A DNA stretch of 64,000 bases from Candidatus Bathyarchaeia archaeon (GTDB lineage: Archaea; Thermoproteota; Bathyarchaeia; Bathyarchaeales; Bathycorpusculaceae): positions 128,001 to 192,000 of the forward strand of contig JBEKWR010000001.1 in NCBI GenBank assembly GCA_049512935.1. Direction: 5' to 3'. Under the pieces are notes generated by a model. That model did not search any database, was not told the DNA's origin, and saw nothing but the letters and a program-made list of their open reading frames with translations. Both the position numbers and the translations under genes were made by a program. Shown one piece after another: positions 32,382 through 41,613 of the stretch (position 1 is the first letter of the stretch; the number at the start of each line of letters is the position of its first letter).

Positions 32382-32801
32382 TTGACAACGAAAATGCATG
32401 CAAACGCCAAATTGATTGAGGGCTTCCAAATCCTGCTCGACGACGGCGAGTCCCACAGTTACGTGGTGGATCTTGCCCCTGACTTGGGAACGGGGCTGGG
32501 AGCTTCTTCCCTTGAACTTTGCGTTATGAGCCACGCGGGCTGCTACGTCACAATTCTTGCATTGGTGGCTAAGAAGATGCATATGGCATTGATAGGAGCC
32601 AAAGTCAAGGTGGAAGCCGTGAAGTCGGATGAAACTGGGACTGTCAGCGAGGAAACCTTTGACATTAGCCTCAAGATTGACGCGCCGAAGGATAGGGTTG
32701 AGCGGCTTCACAGGTTGGCGCTTGAAACGTGCCCTGTCGGAATACTTTTTGGGAAGGCAGGAGTTAAAGTAAATTACAAGTTAAACGTGATAAAGGAGTA
32801 G
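32382..32801 (+). CDS. OsmC-family protein
   Basis: SHAGC ... CPV two-Cys pattern. Confidence 0.88.
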   Translation: MTTKMHANAKLIEGFQILLDDGESHSYVVDLAPDLGTGLGASSLELCVMSHAGCYVTILALVAKKMHMALIGAKVKVEAVKSDETGTVSEETFDISLKIDAPKDRVERLHRLALETCPVGILFGKAGVKVNYKLNVIKE

Positions 32802-32808
32802 ATGAATC

Positions 32809-33996
32809 ATGTCAAACGTCGTTTTGAAAGAAGGCGTAAACTGGGTTGGAGTTATCGACTGGAACTTACGGGACTTTCACGGTTACGTCACCCGTCGAGG
32901 CACCAGCTACAACGCGTACCTGATAAGAGACGAGAAAACAGCCCTCATTGATACGGTGAAATACAATTTCGCCGAAGAGCTGGCGCGGAACATTACGGAG
33001 TTGACAAGCTTTGAAAAAATCGATTACATCGTCGTTAACCATGTGGAGATGGATCATTCAGGCAGCTTCCCCGAAATCGCGAAGCTGGCGAAGAACGCCA
33101 AGATAATCGCGTGCCAAAGAGGAAAAGACGCGCTTATTGAGCATTACGGCGAGGAGTTCAGCAGGGTTGAAGTCGTCAAGACAGGCGACGAGCTTAAACT
33201 GGGCAAGCACACGCTGCGTTTCCTTGAAACACCAATGCTGCATTGGCCAGACAGCATGTTCACTTACCTCGTGGAAGACAAAATCCTGTTTTCAAACGAC
33301 GCTTTCGGCGAGCACTACGCAACCTCGGAACGCTTCGACGACGAAGTTGACCAGCAGGAGCTCATGGAGGAAGCAAAAACTTACTACGCGAACATCTTGA
33401 CGCCCTTTGCGCCACTCATCACCCGAAAAATCCAGGAGGTCGTTCAGATGGGCATCCCCATCGAAATTATCGCGCCTGACCACGGCGTGATTTGGCGGAA
33501 AAACCCATCCAAAATCATCAACGCCTACTTGCAGTGGAGCGCGTTCACCTCTGTGCAGAAGGTCATAATTGTTTTTGATACGATGTGGGGAAGCACGGAC
33601 AAGATGGCGCGAGCCATAGAAGAAGGGGTAGCCAGCGAGGGCGTAGAAGTTAAAGTTCTAAAGCTGCGGGCAACGGACAGCACCGACGTCGTAACGGAAA
33701 TACTCGACGCCAAAGCAGTCATTGTGGGTTCCCCGACGCTTAACAGTGGCATGTTTTCGACGCTGGGTTCTTTCTTGACTTACGTAACGGGGCTGAAGCC
33801 TAGAGGCAAACTGTGGGCGTTCTTCGGCTCCTACGGATGGGGCGGCGGCGCAGTCAGAGGCATGGTTGAAATGGCGAAGAAAGTAGGCTTCGAAGTTTAC
33901 GAGCCAACCGTTGAGGTAAAGTATGTTCCTGACGCGGAAGACTTGAAGAAATGTTTTGATTTCGGGCAGCAAATAGCTCAGAAAATCAAAGCTTAG
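32809..33996 (+). CDS. fprA: Flavodiiron protein (FprA)
   Basis: HVEMDH, LHWPD, DAFG, PDHG plus flavodoxin domain (FGSYGW). Confidence 0.96.
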   Translation: MSNVVLKEGVNWVGVIDWNLRDFHGYVTRRGTSYNAYLIRDEKTALIDTVKYNFAEELARNITELTSFEKIDYIVVNHVEMDHSGSFPEIAKLAKNAKIIACQRGKDALIEHYGEEFSRVEVVKTGDELKLGKHTLRFLETPMLHWPDSMFTYLVEDKILFSNDAFGEHYATSERFDDEVDQQELMEEAKTYYANILTPFAPLITRKIQEVVQMGIPIEIIAPDHGVIWRKNPSKIINAYLQWSAFTSVQKVIIVFDTMWGSTDKMARAIEEGVASEGVEVKVLKLRATDSTDVVTEILDAKAVIVGSPTLNSGMFSTLGSFLTYVTGLKPRGKLWAFFGSYGWGGGAVRGMVEMAKKVGFEVYEPTVEVKYVPDAEDLKKCFDFGQQIAQKIKA

Positions 33997-34067
33997 CCCT
34001 TTCCTTCCCTTTTGCATCTGCTTTCGGAAAAATAGAAAAAATAAAAACAAAATTGGGGTGACAGCGC

Positions 34068-34571
34068 CTATTGTATCAACTTGAATTTTGCTTTCGGCGT
34101 GCCGCAGATCGGGCACTTGTCAGGCGCGCTGCCTTCAAACGTGTTTCCGCAGACGGGGCACACCCAGTAATCCGCTTTCGCTGGCTCCTTTTTGTTCTTC
34201 AAAGCGTCAAGAGCTTTCTGGTACATGCCCGCGTGGATTTCCTCAACTTTGTTCGCGTATTCGAAGCTGACTTGGGCTTTTTTGTTTCCAGCTTTCATAG
34301 CTTCAGCGATAAACTCAGGGTACATTTTCTTGAACTCATACGTTTCGCCGCTGATGGCTGTGCTAAGGTTGTCGCTGGTTGATTTCACGTGCCCCATCAC
34401 TTGGAAGTGGTTGAGCGCGTGCACCGTTTCCGCCTCAGCTGCCGCCCTGAAAAGTTTAGCAATCTGGGGAAAGCCTTCCTCGTCTGCCTTCTTAGCAAAA
34501 GCCAGATACATTCGGTTAGCTTGGGATTCGCCTGCGAAGGCATCTTTTAGGTTCTCATCGGTTTTAGTCAT
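34068..34571 (-). CDS. rbr: Rubrerythrin
   Basis: AFAGESQA, ETVH, EEIH, CPVCG..CPICG. Confidence 0.96.
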   Translation of the reverse strand: MTKTDENLKDAFAGESQANRMYLAFAKKADEEGFPQIAKLFRAAAEAETVHALNHFQVMGHVKSTSDNLSTAISGETYEFKKMYPEFIAEAMKAGNKKAQVSFEYANKVEEIHAGMYQKALDALKNKKEPAKADYWVCPVCGNTFEGSAPDKCPICGTPKAKFKLIQ

Positions 34572-34780
34572 ATCAAAATCACCGCAGAATACTAAACCAC
34601 ATTAAGGTTATAAGCTAAACGGATTTAGCCCAAATTTCTGTTAAGGGATACTGTTAAGTGATTTGTCATGACCGAAACCTTGCAACTTCCGTGATTACCC
34701 CCGATAGCCAAACCTTATAACCAAACTCAATTAAATCTATCAGTTATTGCCGCTAAACCGAGAGGGGGCAAACCTTAATC

Positions 34781-35326
34781 GTGCTCGAAGTCCCACATTT
34801 CGGACAAGCCACTGACCATCACTGTGTTCCTACTTGCCAGAAAATGGTTATAGAATATGCGAGACAAACTCTTGGTGTTGACTGCCCTGTTTTGTCGATT
34901 AAGAAAATCGCTAGAATTACAAGAATAGACAGAGATGGTGTTGTCCCAGAGTATGCAGAGAAGGTCAATGAACTTCTAAGAAGAACCAAGCCACCGATGA
35001 AATTCCAAACTCAATTTGGTGCCGAATTTAATGATATAACAAATGAGCTTAAGGAAAACAGACCAGTGATAGCACTGATAAACACAAGGGAACCGCCAGA
35101 TGAGTTGGTTCATGCGGTAATCATTGTTGACTTTGTGCCAAATCGGATTTGGTATCATGACCCTGATGAAGACGAGAAACATGCGGTTAAAGCCTTAGAA
35201 GTTGGTGTTTTTATGAGTATGTGGGGATGGAAAAATAGGTTGATAAAGCTTTTAATATCTAAGCAACAACAGACAACTATCGGAGATTACAACAAGCAAG
35301 ACCAAATGGAGGATGACCAAGAGTGA
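34781..35326 (+). CDS. Peptidase C39-like (papain-fold) cysteine protease
   Basis: VPHFGQ..HHCVPTC, RPVIA, HAVII...YHDP (Gln/Cys/His/Asp set). Confidence 0.85.
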   Translation: MLEVPHFGQATDHHCVPTCQKMVIEYARQTLGVDCPVLSIKKIARITRIDRDGVVPEYAEKVNELLRRTKPPMKFQTQFGAEFNDITNELKENRPVIALINTREPPDELVHAVIIVDFVPNRIWYHDPDEDEKHAVKALEVGVFMSMWGWKNRLIKLLISKQQQTTIGDYNKQDQMEDDQE

Positions 35327-36282
35327 CAATGGCTGACCAAGTAGTGCAAAGATATGCCTTCTCACACTACGGTCATCTAATCTTGGTTGATGAGCCAGTC
35401 TTTGACGAAAGTGAAAACTGTTATCTATCGAATCTACGTTCTGACTATCCTTTTACAATCAAAGATGACAAACTACCGAATGAGCGGTCAGTTTGTCTAT
35501 TAAAGATGGATCACCTTGGTTGCATAGCGGTTGGAAAGGACTTTAAGATTATCCAAGACAAGACAACAGCAAGAATTGATTGCATAAAAAACATTGACTC
35601 ATTCTTTGAAGCGTGGAAAAGAAGAGCTGAGCAAATTGTTATTTCAGAATCCGCCAACAACCTCGCTCGGATAACTCGCTTTGAACACTTTTTCGAGCCA
35701 GTTGATTCTATCCTTGGAGCTTTGTGGAAATACCACTTTGTGGATGATGTGGAAGTCAAAGCAGAACCAATTATTGAACGGAGAAACAAGCTTAAGTTGT
35801 ATCTGGAATTGCTAGAGGGGCTCAAGATTGTTCGCAGAGTTTACAAAGGTTATGAAGAGGGACCATTATCACTATTCCTCAGAGATGAGAAACAGGCTAA
35901 AGAACGACCCTGTAATAGGGAAATATACAGGAACCGAGTTATAGCTGCACTCATAAGAGATAGATATACGACTTTAAGAGATGTTTTCAAGTTAACAATT
36001 TTTGAACGCACAGTACACTTTGATAATTGCGTTTATCTCCCTGAGATCGAGACGAATAAACCAGTTTACCGAACGGTAGAGTCAATGCAAAACCAGTACA
36101 AAAGATTCTATGGACAGAAAATTAGTAAGATGACTACAGAACTAATTTTAGATCAGCTTAAGGAAGTAGATGCAATCAAACACGATGGCAAGCACTATTT
36201 CGGCAATGAAACTCTAAGACGAAAAATGATTATGGTTAAAGAAAAAACTCCCTTGATCAGTCGGGAGTTTTGTTTTAGATAG
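35323..36282 (+). CDS. Hypothetical protein translationally coupled to the C39 peptidase
   Basis: 319-aa ORF overlapping the upstream stop (GTGA); possible wHTH-like segments. Confidence 0.8.
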   Translation: MTMADQVVQRYAFSHYGHLILVDEPVFDESENCYLSNLRSDYPFTIKDDKLPNERSVCLLKMDHLGCIAVGKDFKIIQDKTTARIDCIKNIDSFFEAWKRRAEQIVISESANNLARITRFEHFFEPVDSILGALWKYHFVDDVEVKAEPIIERRNKLKLYLELLEGLKIVRRVYKGYEEGPLSLFLRDEKQAKERPCNREIYRNRVIAALIRDRYTTLRDVFKLTIFERTVHFDNCVYLPEIETNKPVYRTVESMQNQYKRFYGQKISKMTTELILDQLKEVDAIKHDGKHYFGNETLRRKMIMVKEKTPLISREFCFR

Positions 36283-36404
36283 CTATTTTTCTTTTTGTCT
36301 CTTTTTCCCTATTTCGTCAGGGCAAATCACTTAACAGTATCCTTTTAAGGCAAAGTATATTAGTTGTTTTTCCCTTAGGTTTGTTTCAGTTTTTGGTGAA
36401 TTTT

Positions 36405-37019
36405 ATGGAGAAAGTAAAATCGTTTAGTCTACCAAAACTGCCCTACGACTACAATGCCCTTGAACCCTACATTTCCGAGACGCAGCTAAAACTCCACCAT
36501 GACAAGCACCACCAAGCCTACGTGAACGGCGCAAACGCGGACTTCGAAAAACTTGACAAGGCACGAAAAGAAAACGCCGAAGTCGACATGAAAGCCGTCA
36601 TGAAAGACTTATCCTTCAACGTCGGCGGACACCTCTTGCACTCGATCTTTTGGGAAAACATGGCGCCCGCAGGCAAAGGCGGCGGAGGACAACCTGGCGG
36701 AGCCTTAGCCGATGCAATCAACAAGGAATATGGAAGTTTCGAACAGTTCAAGAAAGAATTCACGAAAGCCGCGGCAACCACGGAAGGTTCAGGTTGGGCT
36801 GCCTTAGCTGTTCACCCATGCATAGAGAGACCGCTGATAATGCAGATTGAGAAGCACAACGTCAACGTTTACCCATCATTCAAAATCCTAATGGTCCTGG
36901 ACGTTTGGGAACACGCGTACTACGTTGACTACAAGAACGAGCGCGCCAAATACATCGAAGCCTTCTGGAACGTCGTCAACTGGGACCGCATAAGCAAAAC
37001 CCTAAGCCTCCAAAAATAA
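36405..37019 (+). CDS. sod: Fe/Mn superoxide dismutase
   Basis: [28 protein letters not shown]. Confidence 0.98.
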   Translation: MEKVKSFSLPKLPYDYNALEPYISETQLKLHHDKHHQAYVNGANADFEKLDKARKENAEVDMKAVMKDLSFNVGGHLLHSIFWENMAPAGKGGGGQPGGALADAINKEYGSFEQFKKEFTKAAATTEGSGWAALAVHPCIERPLIMQIEKHNVNVYPSFKILMVLDVWEHAYYVDYKNERAKYIEAFWNVVNWDRISKTLSLQK

Positions 37020-37077
37020 AACCTTAAAACAACCAATCTTTTTTCTACCATTTCTTAACCCGAGTTTAAGAAACGTT

Positions 37078-37737
37078 TCAGTTTCCGCTTTCCAAGCTTT
37101 TAAGCAGGTCCCTTTGCCGTTTACTAAGGACCGAGGATAACCCTTTTTGAAGGTAGATGGACACTGCGGCTATGCTTTTTGTCGGGTCATTTCTCATCTT
37201 TATTGAATACAGGTGAACAAGTTTGGTTCCCACCTGCTCCTTAGAAATCTGCCCCGCGGTAATTCTCATCGCTAGTGAAACAGCGTCGTTAATCGAGCTG
37301 CCCGCGGCGACTATCCTGATTTTTTCAAATTTTGCAAGCCGCAGAAGGCTTATCGTGAGAAGCCGCTCCATACTTGCCGCCCTGCTTACGCTGACGGTTT
37401 GTTCCTCGACGTCTTCAAAGCCCTTTTCCTCTTGTTCTGCTGCTTGTGCGTAATCCCCAATTTGCTTTTGCCCCAGATGCACGGAAATGGCGGATGCTTT
37501 GCCCAGCGCTGGCGACTCCAGGTTCCCGATGAATATGTCTTCAACATAGACTTTAGCGATTTCTGACGCCATGTTCACGGCTGAACAAGCCAGAAAAATC
37601 CCGTCGTTCACTCCCACAACGTCAACTTCTCCAGATTCCATTATGCAGGAGATTATTTCTTCAACAACATCCGTGGTTTTTGCTGAAGCGTCAGAGGGAA
37701 GAACCGTAATGACTTTGCCGTTTTGTTCGGGACTCAT
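37078..37737 (-). CDS. Tandem (double) Alba-like domain protein
   Basis: VDVVGVNDGIFLACSAV and IRIVAAGSSINDAVSLA each resemble the Alba core; both halves end in SAISVHL / AAVSIYL strands. Confidence 0.6.
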   Translation of the reverse strand: MSPEQNGKVITVLPSDASAKTTDVVEEIISCIMESGEVDVVGVNDGIFLACSAVNMASEIAKVYVEDIFIGNLESPALGKASAISVHLGQKQIGDYAQAAEQEEKGFEDVEEQTVSVSRAASMERLLTISLLRLAKFEKIRIVAAGSSINDAVSLAMRITAGQISKEQVGTKLVHLYSIKMRNDPTKSIAAVSIYLQKGLSSVLSKRQRDLLKSLESGN

Positions 37738-37822
37738 AGGTGATGCACTAAGCAGCTATTTGGAGCGTCTGCTAATATAACACTTGCCACTTTTTCCAAA
37801 AAAAAATAAAAACGGGCGCCGC

Positions 37823-38137
37823 TCAATGCGGAGTTATCTTTATCGCTTGAGCGGGACACTGCATTTCACAGGCAAGGCACTGGATGCAGTCGTTTTCTTT
37901 TACGGGGTCAGATTTGCGTTCTGAAAGCGGGTGCCCAGGAGATTCAGCCCACTCGTACAGAGAAACGGGGCAGACGTCGATGCATACGCCGTCTCCAATG
38001 CATGAATCCCAGTCTACGGCGCTCGTTGTTCCGTGGATTCCCAGTTTCTCAGGAGCTACAACTGGTCCCCAAACTTTGTGTCCGTTATGTTCGCCGACAA
38101 CTTGGCGTTTTGTTTGAAAATCAGGGTCGATAGGCAA
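37823..38137 (-). CDS. Zinc-containing-type ferredoxin
   Basis: PIDP..HNGH.VWGP..LGIHG extension; CIGDGVCIDVCP and CIQCLACEMQCP. Confidence 0.88.
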   Translation of the reverse strand: MPIDPDFQTKRQVVGEHNGHKVWGPVVAPEKLGIHGTTSAVDWDSCIGDGVCIDVCPVSLYEWAESPGHPLSERKSDPVKENDCIQCLACEMQCPAQAIKITPH

Positions 38138-38220
38138 AAATTTCACCACTGAAAATTTACGGAACGCATAATATTAAGGGTTTCTACCTACCTTACGTTT
38201 GGTTTAGAGCCGTGGTTTGA

Positions 38221-39000
38221 ATGGTTCAATATTTCCTGCCCAAGGGCATGAGGTACTCAACTCTTGACGAGAGAAAGGAATTCTACAGCGAAGAATTCGA
38301 TGCTCAAAAGGTAGTTGACTGGCTGCGTGGTTGGCAGGGCAAGGTGCACTTTGCAGTGATTATCGGTAGACACACAAAAATTTACCCTGAAAAGTACAAA
38401 GAAGACGCCTCAACAACGATAATAATCGACGACTACACGGACCTGCAAGATGTTAGGCGGCAAATCATCGAGTTTCTGCCTGAAGCCGTTTACTATGACC
38501 GAAACGTCTACGACCAAAGCGGAGCCAAAACGGGGCAGGAGCTCGCGTTTGACCTTGACCCAGAAAACATCACCTGCCCAATCCACGGCAGCCTCGCCGA
38601 CAAGATGAAGCGCAATCAAGGGTTAAGCTTCTGCGAGTTGGAGCTTGAGATGGTTAAGCGGGAAGCCGTGGGTCTTTACGAGTTTCTTGCTGAGCGCTTT
38701 TCTGAGGTGAGGGCTGTTTATTCTGGCAGGGGCTTTCACCTTCACGTTTTAGACAAAAAAGCCTGCACTTTAAGCAGCAGAGAAAGGCTTGGTCTCGCGC
38801 AGCAAGTGAAAGGCGCTGGCTTTCACATTGACGAGTGGGTGACCTCGGGCGAAATGCGCCTAATACGCTTGCCCTACAGCCTGAACGGCTTAGTGTCGAG
38901 AATTGTGTTACCACTAACCAAGCGGGAACTTGAAAGCTTCGACGCCGTCCACGACCCGCGGTGCCTGCCAAAATTCCTGAGCGAAAAGCCTACTTTTTGA
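38221..39000 (+). CDS. DNA primase small subunit (PriS)-like AEP protein
   Basis: ELAFDLD, YSGRGFHLH, RLIRLPYSLNG. Confidence 0.85.
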   Translation: MVQYFLPKGMRYSTLDERKEFYSEEFDAQKVVDWLRGWQGKVHFAVIIGRHTKIYPEKYKEDASTTIIIDDYTDLQDVRRQIIEFLPEAVYYDRNVYDQSGAKTGQELAFDLDPENITCPIHGSLADKMKRNQGLSFCELELEMVKREAVGLYEFLAERFSEVRAVYSGRGFHLHVLDKKACTLSSRERLGLAQQVKGAGFHIDEWVTSGEMRLIRLPYSLNGLVSRIVLPLTKRELESFDAVHDPRCLPKFLSEKPTF

Positions 39001-39161
39001 CTTCTTTGGCTTTTTTCTCTTTTTTGGCGTAGTAGGCTTTCTTTTTCTTCTCCTCTTCTGCTTTTGTTGGTTTGGCTGGTTTTGCTTTTTTTGCCATGAT
39101 AATCCTCAAAACAACTCACCGCTAACTATGATAAAAGCTTTTCAGAGCGGCACAGGAGGGC

Positions 39162-39344
39162 TTACTCTTCAAAGATGAAAACAGCCTCTATCTTAGAATC
39201 TAACGCTTTTGCAATATCATAAGCCAGTTTCAGTGAGGGGTTGTATTTGCCCTTTTCCAAGAAAAGAATCGTCTCCCGCCTCACCCCTACCTTGTGCGCA
39301 AGCTGCTCCTGCGTCAAATGATGCTCTTCCCTCAGCTCTTTCAT
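39162..39344 (-). CDS. XRE-family HTH regulator
   Basis: [25 protein letters not shown]; start uncertain. Confidence 0.9.
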   Translation of the reverse strand: MKELREEHHLTQEQLAHKVGVRRETILFLEKGKYNPSLKLAYDIAKALDSKIEAVFIFEE

Positions 39345-39364
39345 CCTTGTCTTAAGCGGTATGG

Positions 39365-39718
39365 CTAGTCTCCTCTCCAGTCATAGTACACAAAGAAACC
39401 GACGAAGCTCAACAGTGTTGCGACAGGAATCAATTCCACGGCCAAAGTGAAGAAGCTTGCGTTTCTGAAAATGGATATGACCAACATTAGGGGGATCAGC
39501 AGCACGAAGAATGCGTTGCGGCTTGATTTGGTGACGTTGGAAGCCCATCTTTCATCGCTTAGTACGGTTCCTTCCTTGGTTTTGGGCCTGGCAAACGCGA
39601 AGAAGAAAAACATCAAGAAAAATATGTAGTAAACCGAGTTGCCGGGCAGGAACCCGACGAAGCCTGCGAATCCAAAGAAGCCGAGGAGTCGTTCGTTAAT
39701 TTTTATCGCCAATGGCAA
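39365..39718 (-). CDS. Membrane protein (DUF3796-like)
   Basis: [12 protein letters not shown] repeat, DER motif. Confidence 0.7.
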   Translation of the reverse strand: MPLAIKINERLLGFFGFAGFVGFLPGNSVYYIFFLMFFFFAFARPKTKEGTVLSDERWASNVTKSSRNAFFVLLIPLMLVISIFRNASFFTLAVELIPVATLLSFVGFFVYYDWRGD

Positions 39719-39729
39719 CGCCTCATTTG

Positions 39730-40029
39730 TTAGAGTTTAATTAGCCCGAGAGCCCATAGCGCTGGAGCGAGTAAGCCTGCAACGCCCAAGACGCTGAGGT
39801 ACTTGAGCTCGTCTTTGAAGTAGTGGAAAAGCCCAAAGAAGACAAAGAACCCGAACAGAAACAGGTATAATGGATTGTGGCTGGAAAACGCTCTGAACGC
39901 TTCGAAGCCGATGAATCCTGAGAAGCCGTAGAAGCCGAGTGTCCATCTTCGCCCGCTGAATCTTCCGTAAGAGTTCGGTCTTGGAAGGTTTGTGGGGATT
40001 TGGTTTATTTGGTTGCTTTTTTTAGTCAT
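39730..40029 (-). CDS. Membrane protein (DUF3796-like)
   Basis: LGFYGFSGFIGF repeat. Confidence 0.65.
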   Translation of the reverse strand: MTKKSNQINQIPTNLPRPNSYGRFSGRRWTLGFYGFSGFIGFEAFRAFSSHNPLYLFLFGFFVFFGLFHYFKDELKYLSVLGVAGLLAPALWALGLIKL

Positions 40030-40045
40030 GCTGGGTCTCCGCTTT

Positions 40046-40083
40046 GATGTTAAGTATTTCTAACGTTAGATATTTCTAACATC
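40046..40083. promoter_or_regulatory. Tandem palindromic operator, probably for the XRE regulator
   Basis: GAT-GTTAAGTATTTCTAAC-GTTAGATATTTCTAAC-ATC: two GTTA-N8-TAAC sites upstream of the operon. Confidence 0.6.
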
Positions 40084-40174
40084 ACTTTTAAGCTTTACGC
40101 ATCAACAACCCGTCAGCTTTCAAGCAACGAAACAGAAAAGGAAAACTACCACGAAAGCTAAAACTATCGTTAAG

Positions 40175-40642
40175 ATGGCAAGCTTAAACGCGGAAAAACA
40201 AGATGACCTAAAGGTTTTCAGCGAGCTGAAAGGCAACACGTTGCGGGTTTACCTGCTCTTGGTCGAAAACCAAGGCCCGATGGGAGTCAGGGAGGTCCAG
40301 AAGAAGCTGGAGTTTTCAAGCCCGACTTTGGCGGCTTATCACCTTGAGAAACTTGAGAATCTGGGGTTGGTCCACAAGGCTTCAGGCGGGTACGTTTTAG
40401 CCCGGGAGGTAAAGGTAGGCGCTCTTTCCCAAGTTGTAAAGTTCGGGTCGCTGCTTTTGCCAAGGTACGTTTTCTACACGGTCCTGTTCTCCGCCATGCT
40501 AGCATGCTACCTTGCCGTTGCATGGATTGAAGGAAGCCTCACGTTTAACCTTGCCAGTGGGTTTGCAGTTCTGCTCGGGATTTCAGTCATCGTGGTCATG
40601 GTCTACGAGTGCCTGCGAATAGTCACGCAAAGGCCTTTTTAG
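40175..40642 (+). CDS. Membrane-anchored winged-helix regulator
   Basis: LKGNTLRVY..GVREVQ..SSPTLAAYHLEKL plus 2 TM helices. Confidence 0.82.
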   Translation: MASLNAEKQDDLKVFSELKGNTLRVYLLLVENQGPMGVREVQKKLEFSSPTLAAYHLEKLENLGLVHKASGGYVLAREVKVGALSQVVKFGSLLLPRYVFYTVLFSAMLACYLAVAWIEGSLTFNLASGFAVLLGISVIVVMVYECLRIVTQRPF

Positions 40643-40723
40643 CGTGTACAATTATTTTGCGCCTTTGTACAAAAACGTTGGATTATATACCTCTTTCAAA
40701 CACTCATGGGCAGGTGCACCTGC

Positions 40724-41563
40724 ATGTCGGTTGACGTAAAAGCAATCATCCAGAACATAATAATCGCGTTGCTGACGGCTGCAGGACTGTTCTGTTCCAT
40801 ACTGCTTCTCACTTATTCTTGGGTGAAAATCGCCGCCATCGTAGCCATACTGATTCCGGGAGCATTCTGGCTGGTTGCTCACGGTCGCGTCAAAAGAATA
40901 TTCAAGTACGTAGTCATTGCGACTCTGATTTTTGCCATAGTCTTTGGCTCTTTTGAAAGCTTCCTGCTTTTGAATGCCGGTTACCCATCAACCAACGTGG
41001 CTCAAGCAGGCGGAACGGCAGGCTACACCTCCATACTCAATCTTTCATTAACCCAACTGATTCAAGGGATAGAAAAAAGCTCAACGTACGCTTTGCTTAC
41101 GGCAGAGCATGGGAAAACGATTCCTGAGTCGATCACGCTTGACTCCTCGTCGTTTCCAGAGTGGGTTGAGGTGGATTTTTACGGTGAAGGCTCAAACACG
41201 TATCTGGCGTTTATGGCGCCGACTGCGGGAAGCCAGTACCACGTTGAGGTCGCAACGTACAGCAGCCAACTCCTGTCGCTACCTTACGTGCAGTCGTCTT
41301 CACAGCAGGAATTCGGCGAAATCGACGCCAAAGGGCTACAATCTTTTTACAACCTTGCTTTACAGTTAGCCCAGAACAGAACAGGCACAACGCCCAAAAT
41401 CGACGGTTTGGCTCTTACAATGACCGTTGAGGACAGGATTTACATGAGTTATGAGGGCATAACGGTTCAGATCGTCGGCAGCTATCAGGGTCAAAGCACG
41501 TTGATTTGCGATTTTGAGCCCGACGGCACTTTAATTTACATGTCGCAGCCCGCAGCAGCCTAA
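40724..41563 (+). CDS. Membrane protein with extracellular domain
   Basis: 3 N-terminal TM helices then a soluble domain. Confidence 0.7.
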   Translation: MSVDVKAIIQNIIIALLTAAGLFCSILLLTYSWVKIAAIVAILIPGAFWLVAHGRVKRIFKYVVIATLIFAIVFGSFESFLLLNAGYPSTNVAQAGGTAGYTSILNLSLTQLIQGIEKSSTYALLTAEHGKTIPESITLDSSSFPEWVEVDFYGEGSNTYLAFMAPTAGSQYHVEVATYSSQLLSLPYVQSSSQQEFGEIDAKGLQSFYNLALQLAQNRTGTTPKIDGLALTMTVEDRIYMSYEGITVQIVGSYQGQSTLICDFEPDGTLIYMSQPAAA

Positions 41564-41613
41564 AAGGTTTATTTTGCACAAGCAAGCCATTCTTATTGAT
41601 GCGAGGTTTGCTT

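Larger units (their letters stand above)
34647..36341. mobile_element. Non-autonomous TIR-bounded cassette with two passenger genes
   Basis: GATACTGTTAAGTGATTTG at 34647-34665 and its exact reverse complement at 36323-36341; flanks CTGTTAAGG (34638-46) and CTTTTAAGG (36342-50) form an 8/9 target-site duplication; no transposase. Confidence 0.85.

Noticed and set aside
34645-34666. Casposon interpretation of the GGGATA-starting end
   Set aside because: No Cas1-like casposase or PolB, the element is only 1.7 kb, and TSD symmetry places the end at GATAC.
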